64,000 nt of DNA from Octopus vulgaris (lineage: Eukaryota), in assembly GCA_951406725.2 (NCBI GenBank), contig OX597816.1:10354001-10418000 (forward strand), read 5' to 3'. Below, piece by piece: positions 51,743 to 64,000 of the stretch. How positions within the stretch are numbered: the stretch's first letter is position 1; every line of letters begins with the position of its first letter. The notes below the pieces were generated by a model. The model was not told the DNA's origin, ran no database searches, and was given only the letters and a program-made list of their open reading frames with translations. The translations under genes were made by a program, and so were the position numbers.

Positions 51743-53377
51743 AAATGTTGTTAAATCATGTTAATACCATCAATCCTAACACTTGAGGTATGATCATCAT
51801 CATCGTTTAAAGCCTGTTTCCCATGCTAGCATGGATTGGACTGTTAAGCAAAAGCTGGCAAGATCAGGACCTGCATAAGGTCTCATTCTCTGTTTTGGCT
51901 TTGTTTCTATGGCTGGATGCCCTTCCTAACACCAACCACTTTACAGAGTGTACTGGGTGCTTTTTATGTGGAACCAGCAACAGTACTTGTTATGTACTAC
52001 CATCACCGGTGCTTTTTATGTGACACCAGTACCTGTGCTTAACATGTGGCCCCATGCCCATTGCTTTTTATGTGACACCAGTACCAGTTCTGTTTATGTG
52101 ACAGCAGCAGCACTAATGCTTTTTGCATGGCACCATTACCAGTGTTGTTTATGTGGCACCCGTATTAATATTTTTTGTGACACCATCACCAGTGCGTTTT
52201 ATGTGGTGCCACCCCTGGTACTTTTTGCACCACACCATCAACGGTGTTTTTAAATCGCATTTTACTTTTTTCCTAATTAAGGTACAAGCCTAGCAATTTA
52301 GCAAGGTGTGAGGTCAGTCATTTACACCTACCCCAGTATTTGACTGGGGTCATCATGTATCATATGACTGCAGCATGTTGATGGCACTACAACGATGGTC
52401 TCCCCGATTAATGGTGAGTTCTCCATCAGCTTTGCTAATCTTGACCATCACCATTTGACTGGTAGTTTATTCAATTGACTCCAGAAAGATGAAAGGCAAA
52501 GTTGACCTCTGACTAAAGCCAGAAAATGTCCAAAACAACCACTGAAATGTGGCAGGATTCAAGAACAGAAGGAAGAACAAGATGGAAAGCTTGAAAGAGA
52601 AGGAATTATATGACCAATTCAAGCAATGAACTGAGGATGCAGGAAATAAAGAATGCTGGTTATGATGATGACCATCATCATCATTTAACGTCTGTTATCG
52701 ACTTTGGCATGGTGGCCCCCGTGCCGGTGGCATGTAAAAAGCACCATCCGACCGTGGTCGTTTGCCAGCCCCCTCTGGCACCTGTGCTGGTGGCACGTAA
52801 AAAGCACCCACTAAACTCACAGAGTGGTTGGCATTAGGAAGGGCATCCAGAAACATTGCCAGATCAGACTGGGCCTGGTGCAGCCTTCTGGCTTCCCAGA
52901 CCCCAGTTGAACCGTCCAACCCATGCTAGCATGGAAAACGGACGTTAAACGATGATGATGATGATGATGATATCGTTCCTGATGCCAACCACTTTGCAGT
53001 GTGACTTTGCACTAGTGAGGCGGCCAAGCAGCTTACAAGACTGCAAAAAAAGAACAGGGAGAAAACTCCCAATATTAAGTGAGGGGGATTATTTGAGGGG
53101 AAAGGGGATGCATGGTAACCACACATTATATAGGTGTGGGTGGGAGTAGTTGGAAAGAGATAAGGATGGTAGAGATGCAGTGTCACAGCAACCTCTCAAG
53201 GTACAAGAAGAGGAGTATAAGAGGGTAATGACATAATGGATTAGGAGAGTGGAGAGCGGGTACATTTAAGTGTATGAGGAGAGAGCAACAGAGGGTTGGT
53301 TAGAGAAGTGGGTAGAGGAAGTAAGTATGGTGTGTGGGTAAGGCGAGAGATATTAATGACAACTGAATCAGCAGGTA

Positions 53378-53880
53378 TATAACCACTCAGGAACAAGCCA
53401 TCAAAGTGAATTCTGATAAAGGCAAAAACTAATAAAATTCAGAGAATGTATGCAGAATCTGTGGAAAAGATGAAAGTATTAACAGTCCCTTACGTAAATG
53501 CTGTAAGCTAGCACAAAAAGAGTATAAGTGCAGGCATGACTGCGCCAATAAAAGAGTGCATTGGGATGTTGCCAAGTGTAGAAAAGTGGTATGAGCAGGA
53601 ACCACATGATGTAATAGTGAATGATAGTTACAGGATTTGTAGGATTCTCCATACAGACTGACCATATTCTTGAATCAAGAAGACCAAATATGATTATAGA
53701 GGACAAAATAAACAACAGTGAAAGATCATAGGCTTAGCAATACCAAATGGTAATACAATGGATACCAAAGAAATTGAGAAAAATCAAGACCTATCCAGTA
53801 AACAAGTGGTTGTGGAAGATGAGGTGGCACTTGTTACCGTGATAATTGGTGCACTTGGCACAACATCCAAAATGCTACAT
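53378..53880 (+). mobile_element. Old R4/Dong-like LINE fragment
   Basis: Across frameshifts: QEQAI..CRICGKDESI..CCKLAQKEYKCRHD..VHWD..KWYE..DFSIQTDH..RRPN (zinc knuckle, RHD, RPD-like). Confidence 0.7.
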
Positions 53881-56800
53881 AAAATCATCATCATCATCAT
53901 CATCGTTTAATGTCTGCTTCCCATGCTGGCATGGGTTGGACAAGTTGACTGAGGACTGGCGAACCAGATAGCTGCACCAGGCTTCAATCTTGATCTGGCA
54001 AAGTTTCTACAGCTGGATGCCCTTCCTAACGCCAACCATGCGAGAGTGTATTGGGTGCTTTTACATGCCACCAGCACGGGGCCAGTCAGGCAGTACTGGC
54101 AATGACCTTCACTCGAATCTTTTTACACATGCCACCTGGCACAGGTGCCAGTAAGGCGATGCTGGTAACGATCACACTCGAATGGTGCCCTTTTACGTGT
54201 CACTGGCATGGAAGGCAGTTAGCCACTCTGGCAACAATCACGCTCGAATGGTGCTCTTAGCACCCTACTAGCATGGGACTCAAGTGCCAGTAAGGTGACC
54301 CTGGCTGAAAGAATACTGGGTTTAAAACTCGCATTGTAAATCTGCAGAAAAGTGCCACTATGTATTCTTCAAGAACCCGAAGAAAGATCCTTGAGGTTTG
54401 AGGGTATTTGTTGCCACAAAATCTCAAAATGACGTCTTGCTAACTAAAATGAACAAGTGACTTTTTATTGCTTTGACCACAGGTGGGTGAAAGATTATGT
54501 TGGCATTAATGGAATTTGAACTCAGAATGTAAATAAAGACAAGGTATTTCAGCTTGTGATTTACTGATTTGTTGCAAGCTGCCATAATAAAAACAACAAT
54601 GCTTGGTTTTGTTAGTAATGTAGGCGTAGGAGTGGCTGTGTGGTAAGTAGCTTGTTTACCAGCCACATGGTTCCGGGTTCAGTCCCACTGCGTGGCAACT
54701 TGGGCTAGTGTTTTCTACTATAGCCTCGGGCCGACCAAAGCTTTGTGAGCGGATTTGGTAGACGGAAACTGAAAGAAGCCCATCGTATATATGTATATAT
54801 ATGTATGTGTGCGTGTATGTTTGTGTGTCTGTGTTTGTCCCCCTAGCATTGTTTGACAACTGATGCTAAGTCCCTGTTACTTAGCGGTTCGGCAAAAGAG
54901 ATCGATAGAATAAGTACTGGGCTTACAAAAGAATAATTCCCGGGATCGAGTTGCTCGATTAAAAAAGGCGGTGCTCCAGCATGGCCGCAGTCAGATGACT
55001 GAAACAAGTAAAAGAGTAAAAAGAGTAATGTAACTTCAAGATTAAAGAGTACTTCCTGCAACTAGTATTGTATCCACAACAGGTACCTGAACAAAGAGAT
55101 CAATTCTTCAAAGTTAAACAAACAGAATTAGATACATTATATAAAAAGGAAGAATATATATACACCATATTATATTCTCTCATGCACTTTCTAAAGTCTA
55201 ACAGGATAAACCGATTCCTTAATAGTTTGGCAAAGCACCATTTGACTCCTCATAAATGTCAGATAGATTTAGTAATTTTAATAGTTTTTCTTTCTCTCTT
55301 TTTTTTCTTTTCCTGCTGGGTAGGTTGGGCTTTAATCAATGACTATATAGCACTTGGTAAGTCGAAGGGAATAAAATAGTTGTGAAAACTAATAGAGCTT
55401 GAAAACGGTTGCCAATTCCGGTTAAACAACTCTTTTAATTTCAATAGCCATAAATGCTAACTTGTAACTAAACAGACAGTTTTTTTTTTTTTTCCAGAAC
55501 CGATAAATTTGCTTGAACTACTTCTAATTATATTTCTCAAAAACGACCATCATCTCTGCTGTTCAATATTCTATAACCAATACTATCAATAATAAATAAT
55601 ACTCTTCTACAAATTAGAGCAGAGTTTGTTTTTTTTTTGTTTTTGGTTGTTGCCAGATTTAAGAGTAAAACATTAAGCCTTTGTTAGGATTATATAAGAA
55701 ATAGATTAATTGATAATCAAACAAATAGGTATCTTTTATTTTTTACTTGTTTCAGTCATAAGACTGTGGCTATGCTACAGCACTGCTGGGCATTTGCCAT
55801 AGTGGTTAAGAGTGCGGGTTACTAACCCCAAGATTCTGAGTTTGATTCCAGGCAGTGACCTGAATAATGATAATAATAATAACATTGAAAAATACCTTAT
55901 GAACGAGAACCCATGTTCAGATGGTGCTTTTTATGTGCCACAACACAAGAGTCATTCAGGAGGTACTGGCATCAACCACATTCAGATGGTGCTTTTTACA
56001 TACCACTGACACAGGAGCCAGTTAGGTGGGCCTGGCATCAATTACATTTGGATGGTGCTCTTTACATGCCACTGGCATGGGAGCCAGTCAGAGGGTACTG
56101 GCATCAATCATATTCGGATGGTGCTTTTTATGTGCCACCGCCATGAGAGCCAGGCATCGGATGATGATCACATGAACAGGAACCAAAATCCTTATCATTT
56201 GGTGTCTCTTCAGATTCTTCTTGGTTCCGACATGACCAAGTCCCTGTCATATTGAATATCCTGTAACTGTCTTACATTACATTAATTACTAACAGTAAAA
56301 TTATGTTAAATCATTAGACTGTCATATTCCTGTATATGGACAAGTCGTGAAATAGCTGAGAATTCATTCTAAAACGTGGAAAAATTACTCCATTAATCAA
56401 CGATTTCCAAAGTGTGAAATTCCTCTGCATTGGGAAAGTGGTTCCTGGAAATGAACGACAGCAACAGTCAGGCTTTTTCATGTTCAATGTTGACACTTTA
56501 TCCAAAGTATTCTGTTATGTGTCAAGGAAGGTGATAGTTTGATAAACATTAATCTAACAGAATGGCTTCTTGGCAGCTCCACAGAGTTCAGAGAGAAAGA
56601 AATTAGATGAAACAGTGAGGAGGGCTCATAAATGCTTGCTGGTACTGCTGGAAATGGCAGCTAAGTCTTCACTGAACAACATTCTACTGCCAAAGATCTG
56701 CTCAATTGAGGCCAGTTTGTGATGAAGCAAAGATTGATATAAAAAAAAAGACCTGGTCTTCTTTTGTTTTGTTACTCTTCCATGTAGTACCATGTGGTAC

Positions 56801-57160
56801 CAGTTCATAACAGCATTCCTGTCGAAAGAGATTATTGGCTCCCTCATTAAAGAATTTTCCATTTCTGGATGAAAAAATATGGTGTGTGCTGTCTTCAACA
56901 GCACTTCTCACAAAGAAACATAACCTATTGAGAGAGAGAGAGGTTGATAGAGAGATGATTTGATACCAGTATGTAAGAAGAATATATTTATCAATCACAA
57001 ATGCAGTTCCCTTATTGCACTGGGGTGCCACAAGTCTAGGGGGCCCGATGCTAATATATGTGTGTGGTGATTTTCTCTCAATAAATAAACATTATAGGCC
57101 TCAGTGCACTACTTTTGTGGCTGTTTTTGCCAGATGGAAACTGAAAGAAGCATGTGTGTA

Positions 57161-58292
57161 ATCACTTTCCAGGGAGAAAAACTAGAAATAGTTGATAGTT
57201 TCCATTACCTAGGTGACCAAGTCAGCAGCAGGGCGGGTGTGCTGAAAGTGTAACGGCTAGAGTAAGAATAGCTTGGGCAAAGTTCCGAGAGCTCTTACCT
57301 CTGCTGGTGACAAAAGGCCTCTTGCACAGAGTGAAAGGCAGACTGTATGATGCGTGTGTACGAACAGCCATGCTACATGGCAGTGAAACATGGGCCGTGA
57401 CTGCTGAGGATATGCGTAAGCTCGCAAGAAATGAAGCCAGTATGCTCCGATGGATGTGTAATGTCAGTACTCATACTCGGCAGAGTGTAAGTACCTTGAG
57501 AGAAAAGCTGGACCTAAGAAGCATCAGTTGTGGTGTGCAAGAGAGACGTTTGCGCTGGTATGGTCATGTGGCGAGAATGGATGAAGATAGTTGTGTGAAA
57601 AAGTGCCACACCCTAGCGGTTGAGGGAACCTGTGGAAGAGGCAGACCCAGGAAAACCTGGGACGAGGTGGTGAAGCACGACCTTCGAACTTTAGGTTTCA
57701 CTGAGGAAATGACTAGAGACCGAGTCCTCTGGAAGTGTGCTGTGCGCGAGAAGACCCGGCAGGACAAGTGAGTCCATAACCCGTGGCCTTCTACATGGGA
57801 TGGAGCCAGCCTACGTATGCATACCTTCCCTTCTTGGGACACAAAACACTACTTGTGAAGACCTGTTGAGGCAAGTGAGGATCAGAATCGAAATCGATCA
57901 ATGGAAATTGCAGATGTGTTACCAGTGCCGGTGGCATGTAAGAGAACCTTCCGTTTTGCGACCGTTGCCAGCACCGCCCCATTTCGTGTCCGTTGCCAGC
58001 ACCGCCCCGTTTCGTGTCCATTGCCAGCCTCGCCTGGCCCTCGTGCCGGTGGCACATAAAAAGCACCATCTGTTCATGGCCGTTTGCCAGCTCTGTCTGG
58101 CACCTGTGTGGGTGGCATGTAAAAAGCACCCACTACACTCTCGGAGTGGTTGGCGTTAGGAAGGGCATCCAGCCGTAGAAACACTGCCAGATTTGACTGG
58201 GCCTGATGAAGCCTTCTGGCTTCACAGACCCCAGTAGAACTGTCCAACCCATGCTAGCATGGAAAACGGACGGTAAGCGATGATGATGATGA

Positions 58293-58295
<3 letters not shown>
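57161..58295 (+). mobile_element. 5'-truncated RTE-clade LINE: ORF C-terminus (to 57771) plus 3'UTR ending in (GAT)n
   Basis: GEKLEIVDSFHYLGDQ / ARVRIAWAKFRELLPLL..KGRLYDACVRTAMLHGSETW..RRLRWYGHVARM..GRGRPRKTW; one frameshift near 57230. Confidence 0.92.
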
Positions 58296-58347
<52 letters not shown>

Positions 58348-58454
58348 TATGTATATAACGGGAAGGTTTACGAAAATAAACAAAAGATGAAGGCAGGTGG
58401 AGTATGAACAAACAATTGTATTAGTATGGCGCTCAGGAATAGAAATAGAACAAG

Positions 58455-58492
58455 TCTTTTATGTTTCGAGCCTACGCTCTTCGACAGAAAGA
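58455..58492 (-). ncRNA. Hammerhead-like motif with variant core in a Penelope-LTR-like repeat (58358-58500)
   Basis: Minus strand TCTTT-CTGTCGA-A-GAGC-GTAG-GCTC-GAAACATA-AAAGA: perfect stems I and II, core CUGUCGA. Confidence 0.5.
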
Positions 58493-58795
58493 TACACAGA
58501 AAAAAAAGGAGAGAGACAAGGAGAGAAAAAAATGACAAGAAAAATAAAATGAAAAAAATGAAAACGAAAGGGACAGTTTTTACGAACAAATTCAAGGTTA
58601 AAAGTGTAGACGTCGTGGTGTATTTCAAGGATTTCACATCAATAACAAAGTCACTTTGATCCATGTAGGAGAGGTGCAGCCTGAGGGTAGGTGTTCTTAG
58701 AGGTAAAAAAATCCAATGGAGATGCAAAGGAAAAAGAAGAGAATGGAGATTTTGAAGTTAATAAGAGTTTATTATCAACAACAAATCAATCATTA

Positions 58796-58879
58796 TCCCT
58801 TACAGCTGTTTCAATTATACACAGTGAAACTAAGTAAATATTAAATTCATATTTCTGAGCACAATCACTTCATAAGGAA
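58796..58879 (-). ncRNA. Second, more degraded copy of the long-stem-II hammerhead-like motif
   Basis: TTCCTT-ATGAAGT-GATTGTGCTCAG..CTGTGTATAATT-GAAACAGCTGTA-AGGGA. Confidence 0.45.
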
Positions 58880-59411
58880 AGAAAATATATAGCCTTAGAT
58901 GTTATGTATGCTTGTTTGTAGATTCATCACAGTAGACTCTCATGACCTCTAACTGAATTATATATATACATATATATATATTAATAAATAAAACATATGC
59001 ATATATATATACATATATGTACATACCTACCTCTACATGTATATATACACTAATATATGAGTACAGGACACCAAAAAAACGTCGAACACAATGAGAAATG
59101 AAAACATAGACACAAACCCAAGGAACTGGACATTTTTCTTAAACAACAAAAAAATAGAGTACAGGACAAATAACACAAGGAAAAAACCCCTTCTTCAGTC
59201 GCCATGGTTTCATCTACTCTCTCTCTACACACACACATACACCATAAAAACCCATGTAATTTGCGCACTTTTTTCACGAAGACAAAAATTAATTTTAGGG
59301 GATGCGTAAATTACATGAGTGGATCGTTTCCAGAATTTTTTCCACGAGCATTAAACCTGCTTGTTGTTCCTACACCTGTCTTCTTCATTGTTTTTCTATA
59401 AATTTGCAGTG

Positions 59412-59442
<31 letters not shown>

Positions 59443-60533
59443 CATCGTTTAACGTCCGTTTTCCATGCTAGTATGGGTTGGATAGTTCGACCGGGTCTGG
59501 GAAGCCAGGAGGCTGCACCAGGCTACATATATATATATGTATATATATATATACACACACACACATACATACACACACACATATATATACACACATACAC
59601 TGTCTTTGTCTCCCACCAGCATTTAACATCCCGTGTTGGTGTGTTTACATCTCTGTAACTTAGCAGTTAGACAAAATACACCAATATAAGAAGTGCAAGA
59701 ATTAAAAGATAATAAACACTAGGGTTAATTCGTTCAGCTAAAATCCTTCAAGGCAGTGCTCTAGCATGGCCACAGCCTAATGACTGGAACAAGTTAAAGA
59801 CAAAAGACTAAAAGAAAACAGGAAAAAGGAGAGGCTTGTGGAAATTCAAGAATGTACAGGGTATATACAAACAAGATGTAAATGTATATAATACGATTAT
59901 TTCTGTTTACAGTAGCTATTTAATAATTACAGAATTGAATAAAAATAATCTTTCTGAATAGCATTTTGGTATTTTAGAAAGTTCTACTCGTTATGTATCA
60001 ATGAACTATTTGAATGTTGGGGATTTCTCTTTGCCTGTCTTTGATATTTTGGATGGAGGAGGAGCTAAACGTTGTTTCAATTGTGTTCATCTGTTGGTTC
60101 GATGGCCAGATCCAGTTAATGGAAACTAGTTCCACACAAAGAATTTTTCAGAGCTTCTAATTTTCACCATTTATTTCTTTCCTATTTCTTTTTTTTCATT
60201 TTTTTTTTTTTTGCATTTTCTCCAAATGGGAGGGAAAGAAAAGCAACATAAAAATGGGTGGGTATGCTCATGAATATACATCTACATGTATGCATGTATA
60301 TATATGTATGATATATATATGTGTGTGTATACAGATATGTGTGTATATATACATACATATATATATGTATATATATACATATATATATGTGTATATATAT
60401 ACATATATATATGTGTATATATATACATATACATATGTGTATATATATACATATATATATGTGTATATATATACATATATATATATGTGTGTGTGTATAT
60501 ATATATATATATGTGTGTGTGTATATATATATA

Positions 60534-60565
<32 letters not shown>

Positions 60566-61549
60566 AAGTTAATATATATATATATATACACACACACACA
60601 TACATACATATATACATGTATATGTGTGTGAGAGTATGAATATATACACATATGTATACATGTGTGTCTAAACTATAAGCACACAATGTATACAACTTTA
60701 AAAATATTTTTTAAAAACCTTCTTTCCAAAGTTTGCTGAAGTCTATGAACTCTTACACAATTATATTTTCTAAATTGCAAATAATAATTCCCAACAACAT
60801 TGAAAGAAAAATACCTTTTTATTTATTGTTTTAGTGATTTTATTATTATTATTATTATTATTATTATGATTAATATCATCATTATTATCATTATTATTAT
60901 TACTATTACTATTATCATTATCATTATTATTATTACTATTTTTATTATCATTATTATTATATTTTAATGCTTCCATTTATAAAACCTTAAACAAAGAACT
61001 ATCTGGTTTCCGTCTTTACCAGAAAAGGTTGTTAGTGATGAGGAACTCTGTAACATAAAAGATTCCAATGATCAAAGGAACGTGAAGACTTTTCTGAATA
61101 TAATGAGAAAACAGATTTTACGGTTTGAACCAAGTTCTATGACAACATAGAAACAAAGGCTCAGCAAATACCTATTATCTTTTACGAAGCTAGTTTCGAA
61201 ACCACCCTTAAGCGTTAAGAATTTGAAGACGTATTGAGCTGAAGTTTCACAAAAATAATACAGGAGAAAGAAGAAAAAAAACACTAACAAAAACAAAATT
61301 AACACAAATAATGGCAAAATTCATTAAAAAAATAATATAAATAAAAATTGCAAGGACGATGACAAAATCTAATAAAAGAAACTGTTTCATAAGACACTTT
61401 GAAATAAAGACAAAAACAGGTATATAAATAATAATACATAAGCATATATATATACACACAAATATAAATAAACTGGTTCTACAAACATTTATTTGAATGA
61501 GTGTATTGTTATTGTGTATCCTCAACATCATGTGTATTTGTGTGTGTGA

Positions 61550-61605
<56 letters not shown>

Positions 61606-61884
61606 TCAAAATGAGGGCAAAAGAAAAATTTTGATGCCAATTTTTCTTTTGCCCTTATTTTGTAAATTATTTATAAATTTAACCTTTAAAAGTATTTTTT
61701 GATATGCTGGCCATTGATAAAATTTTTTTCCCCAAAAAAATTTTATCCTACATTAGTTATATATATATATATATATATATATATCAAAATGAGGGTGAAA
61801 AATTGGATGAAAAATTAAAATCAAAATGAGGATCTTCTAGCATAAGGGTTTCCACATAGTGGTTAAGAAACTCCCTCTTATATT

Positions 61885-61933
<49 letters not shown>

Positions 61934-62142
61934 CACATGCATGTATACATTGTGTTCATGTATGTTTCACCCATGCCTTTCAAGCAGTTGGGCCTCATGG
62001 AGGCGAAGTGGTTGATGCTTGTAGCACATGAAAAGCTCCTTTCGAGTGTTGGGCTTCATGGAGGCAATAACCAAGGCCTTTGGCATTATATCGTACTTGA
62101 GAAGAAAATCCATGAAGCACCCCTTGTATGTATATACATGTA

Positions 62143-62415
62143 TATGGGGGGGGGGGGTACTAAAAAGTTCCTGGTTTTAAGGGTATCACAAAAGGCCTGA
62201 CCGGAGGCCTAAACTTTCAAGTTCTTTTACAGAGCTTAGAAAAACTGAAGGGCCTTTGAAATAAGTGTATAATTCTGAGAGGGGAATATGTTGAAGGTGG
62301 TGCTATTAAGTTAGACATGGCCAAAACCTATCAATGTAAATAACATCATAATAAACTGATCCCTCTGTATTTTCTTTTACCCAAGCTAGCAACTTTTCAG
62401 CACCTGCTCCCTATA
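62143..62415 (+). mobile_element. Mariner-derived deleted element
   Basis: TIR-like GGGGTACTAAAAAGTTCCTGG / CTAGCAACTTTTCAGCACC; interior reads LEKLKGL*NKCIILRGEYVE, the mariner transposase C-terminus. Confidence 0.7.
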
Positions 62416-62744
62416 TGCTGTAAAAAGGTTGGCATTACAGAGAGCAGCCAAGCATTGTTGGTGTCTCTGCCATGAGGTCTAATCTGTTTTGGCTACAGTT
62501 ATGAACTCACTGTTCAAAGATGTACAAGATTGTGGGGAAAGCACTCCAGGCACCTAACTGTATTTTAAGTACTCACTGGAAGCATTTCCTTTTGGCAATT
62601 TGCACGTAATATTGTTTCAGATGTGATATCATGCCTCAGAGGAAAATAAACTATCACCAATGTTCAGGTGCTATTATGCAGATTATACCTCTTAACAGAC
62701 TCAGGGGGAAAAGTAGCGAATCTTATACATGTTTCTTTGATTAC

Positions 62745-62779
<35 letters not shown>

Positions 62780-64000
62780 TATAGACAGATGTATATACAT
62801 ATAGAGATCTATATATATATATATTTGTGTATGCATTTGTATGCATATACTTCTTTTACATATATATGTATATATATATAATGTGTGTGTATGTATATGT
62901 ATGCATATACTTCTTTTACATATATATGTATATATATAATGTGTGTGTATATATATGTATATATATGAGATATATACATACACATGCATACATACACATA
63001 GTGTATATGTATTTTACATATACATATATATATATATATATATATACACACAATATATATACACGCATGATATATATTCGTGTATGCATGTGTATGTATA
63101 TAGTTTATATATATGTATGTGTGTGGGAAAATAGGAGATATATACATACACACATGCATACATATACAAATATATATCATGTATTTATGTATATATATAT
63201 ATATATATAAAATATATATACACACATGATATATATTTGTGTATGCATGTGAATGTTTATATATATATATACATATATATATGCATGAATACTTGTTATA
63301 GCTAAATATGTATTTTGTGTTTGTGTGTTTATGCATAAATCTTAACCCGCGCATGTGTGTGTGTGTGTGTGTGTGTGTATGTAAATATACACACGCATAG
63401 ATAAATATATACGTACCCTTAACACAACGCATCAAACTGCAAATATTATCCATTATTAATATCGCATTTTAGCGTGTAAAATATGAATTCATACATAACA
63501 ATTTGTTGACAAGTGCAGCAAAAATTTCAGCCAATCCTACCTCGCCATCTCCACCTTCCTATCCAGAGATGTTGTTTGATGCTGGAACTGTGCAATTATG
63601 ATAAGAAACTATTCAGCCTCGAAATATATTCTCTTTAAAAGTTACTTTCTCAGCACATTGACATAAAATTCTTTGTATTTTGGTTATTTTTATTTGCTCT
63701 TTGCGTGTTTTATATCCAAATATGTAAAACAATTCTCGTCAGGAACCAAAACGAAAAAAAAAGAGAAGGAAAAGAGAAAAAAATCTATTTTATTTCTTGC
63801 TTTGCAACATTGTTTCGATATTTGGTTCGGAGTTCTTTGGTGCAGCATCGAAAAAAAACACCGTCTGTAATCAGTTGGGTACTACTTACTTACTAAGTGT
63901 TTGTGGTAGCAATGGTATTGTTAGCGATGATAGTGTTGGTATCATCACTATCATACCAACACTAATGTTTCTACTACTACTGCTTGTACAATAACTACCA

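Noticed and set aside
55915-56140. Regularly spaced ATGGTGCTTTTTA(C/T)..TGCCAC repeats resembling a CRISPR array (also 14340-14600 and 51950-52250)
   Set aside because: The spacers are homologous to each other, the context is eukaryotic with no cas genes, and the motif belongs to the RTE 3'UTR.
63531-63604. Possible terminal exon after TTTCAG reading NPTSPSPPSYPEMLFDAGTVQL**
   Set aside because: Weak polypyrimidine tract, very short, no recognisable homology or partner exons; needs RNA-seq.

Overview
AT-rich, extremely repeat-dense eukaryotic DNA. The SINE families, RTE tails and (TA)/(CA)/(TAA) microsatellites look like an Octopus (coleoid cephalopod) genome, intergenic or inside a very large intron. 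I find no intact host gene; almost all ORFs in the track come from microsatellites or SINEs. Recognisable content: dozens of tRNA-derived SINEs in at least 4-5 families; degraded LINE fragments (RTE, CR1/L2, R4/Dong-like, Hero-like); DNA-transposon MITEs (piggyBac-, pogo-, mariner-, Helentron-like); and a 281-bp inverted duplication. Two things stand out. (1) An endogenous fragment of a CRESS-DNA-virus-type Rep helicase at 20663-21035. (2) Several minimal type-I hammerhead-ribozyme motifs with palindromic stem III in apparently unrelated repeat families (about 9.0, 17.4, 20.0, 21.9, 47.5, 58.5 and 58.8 kb). One lies in a 358-bp retrozyme-like unit with direct terminal repeats and another is the tail of a tRNA-headed SINE. 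Most motifs carry core or stem substitutions, so activity is untested. Repeat boundaries were read by eye and are approximate; family names rest on remembered motifs, not database searches.
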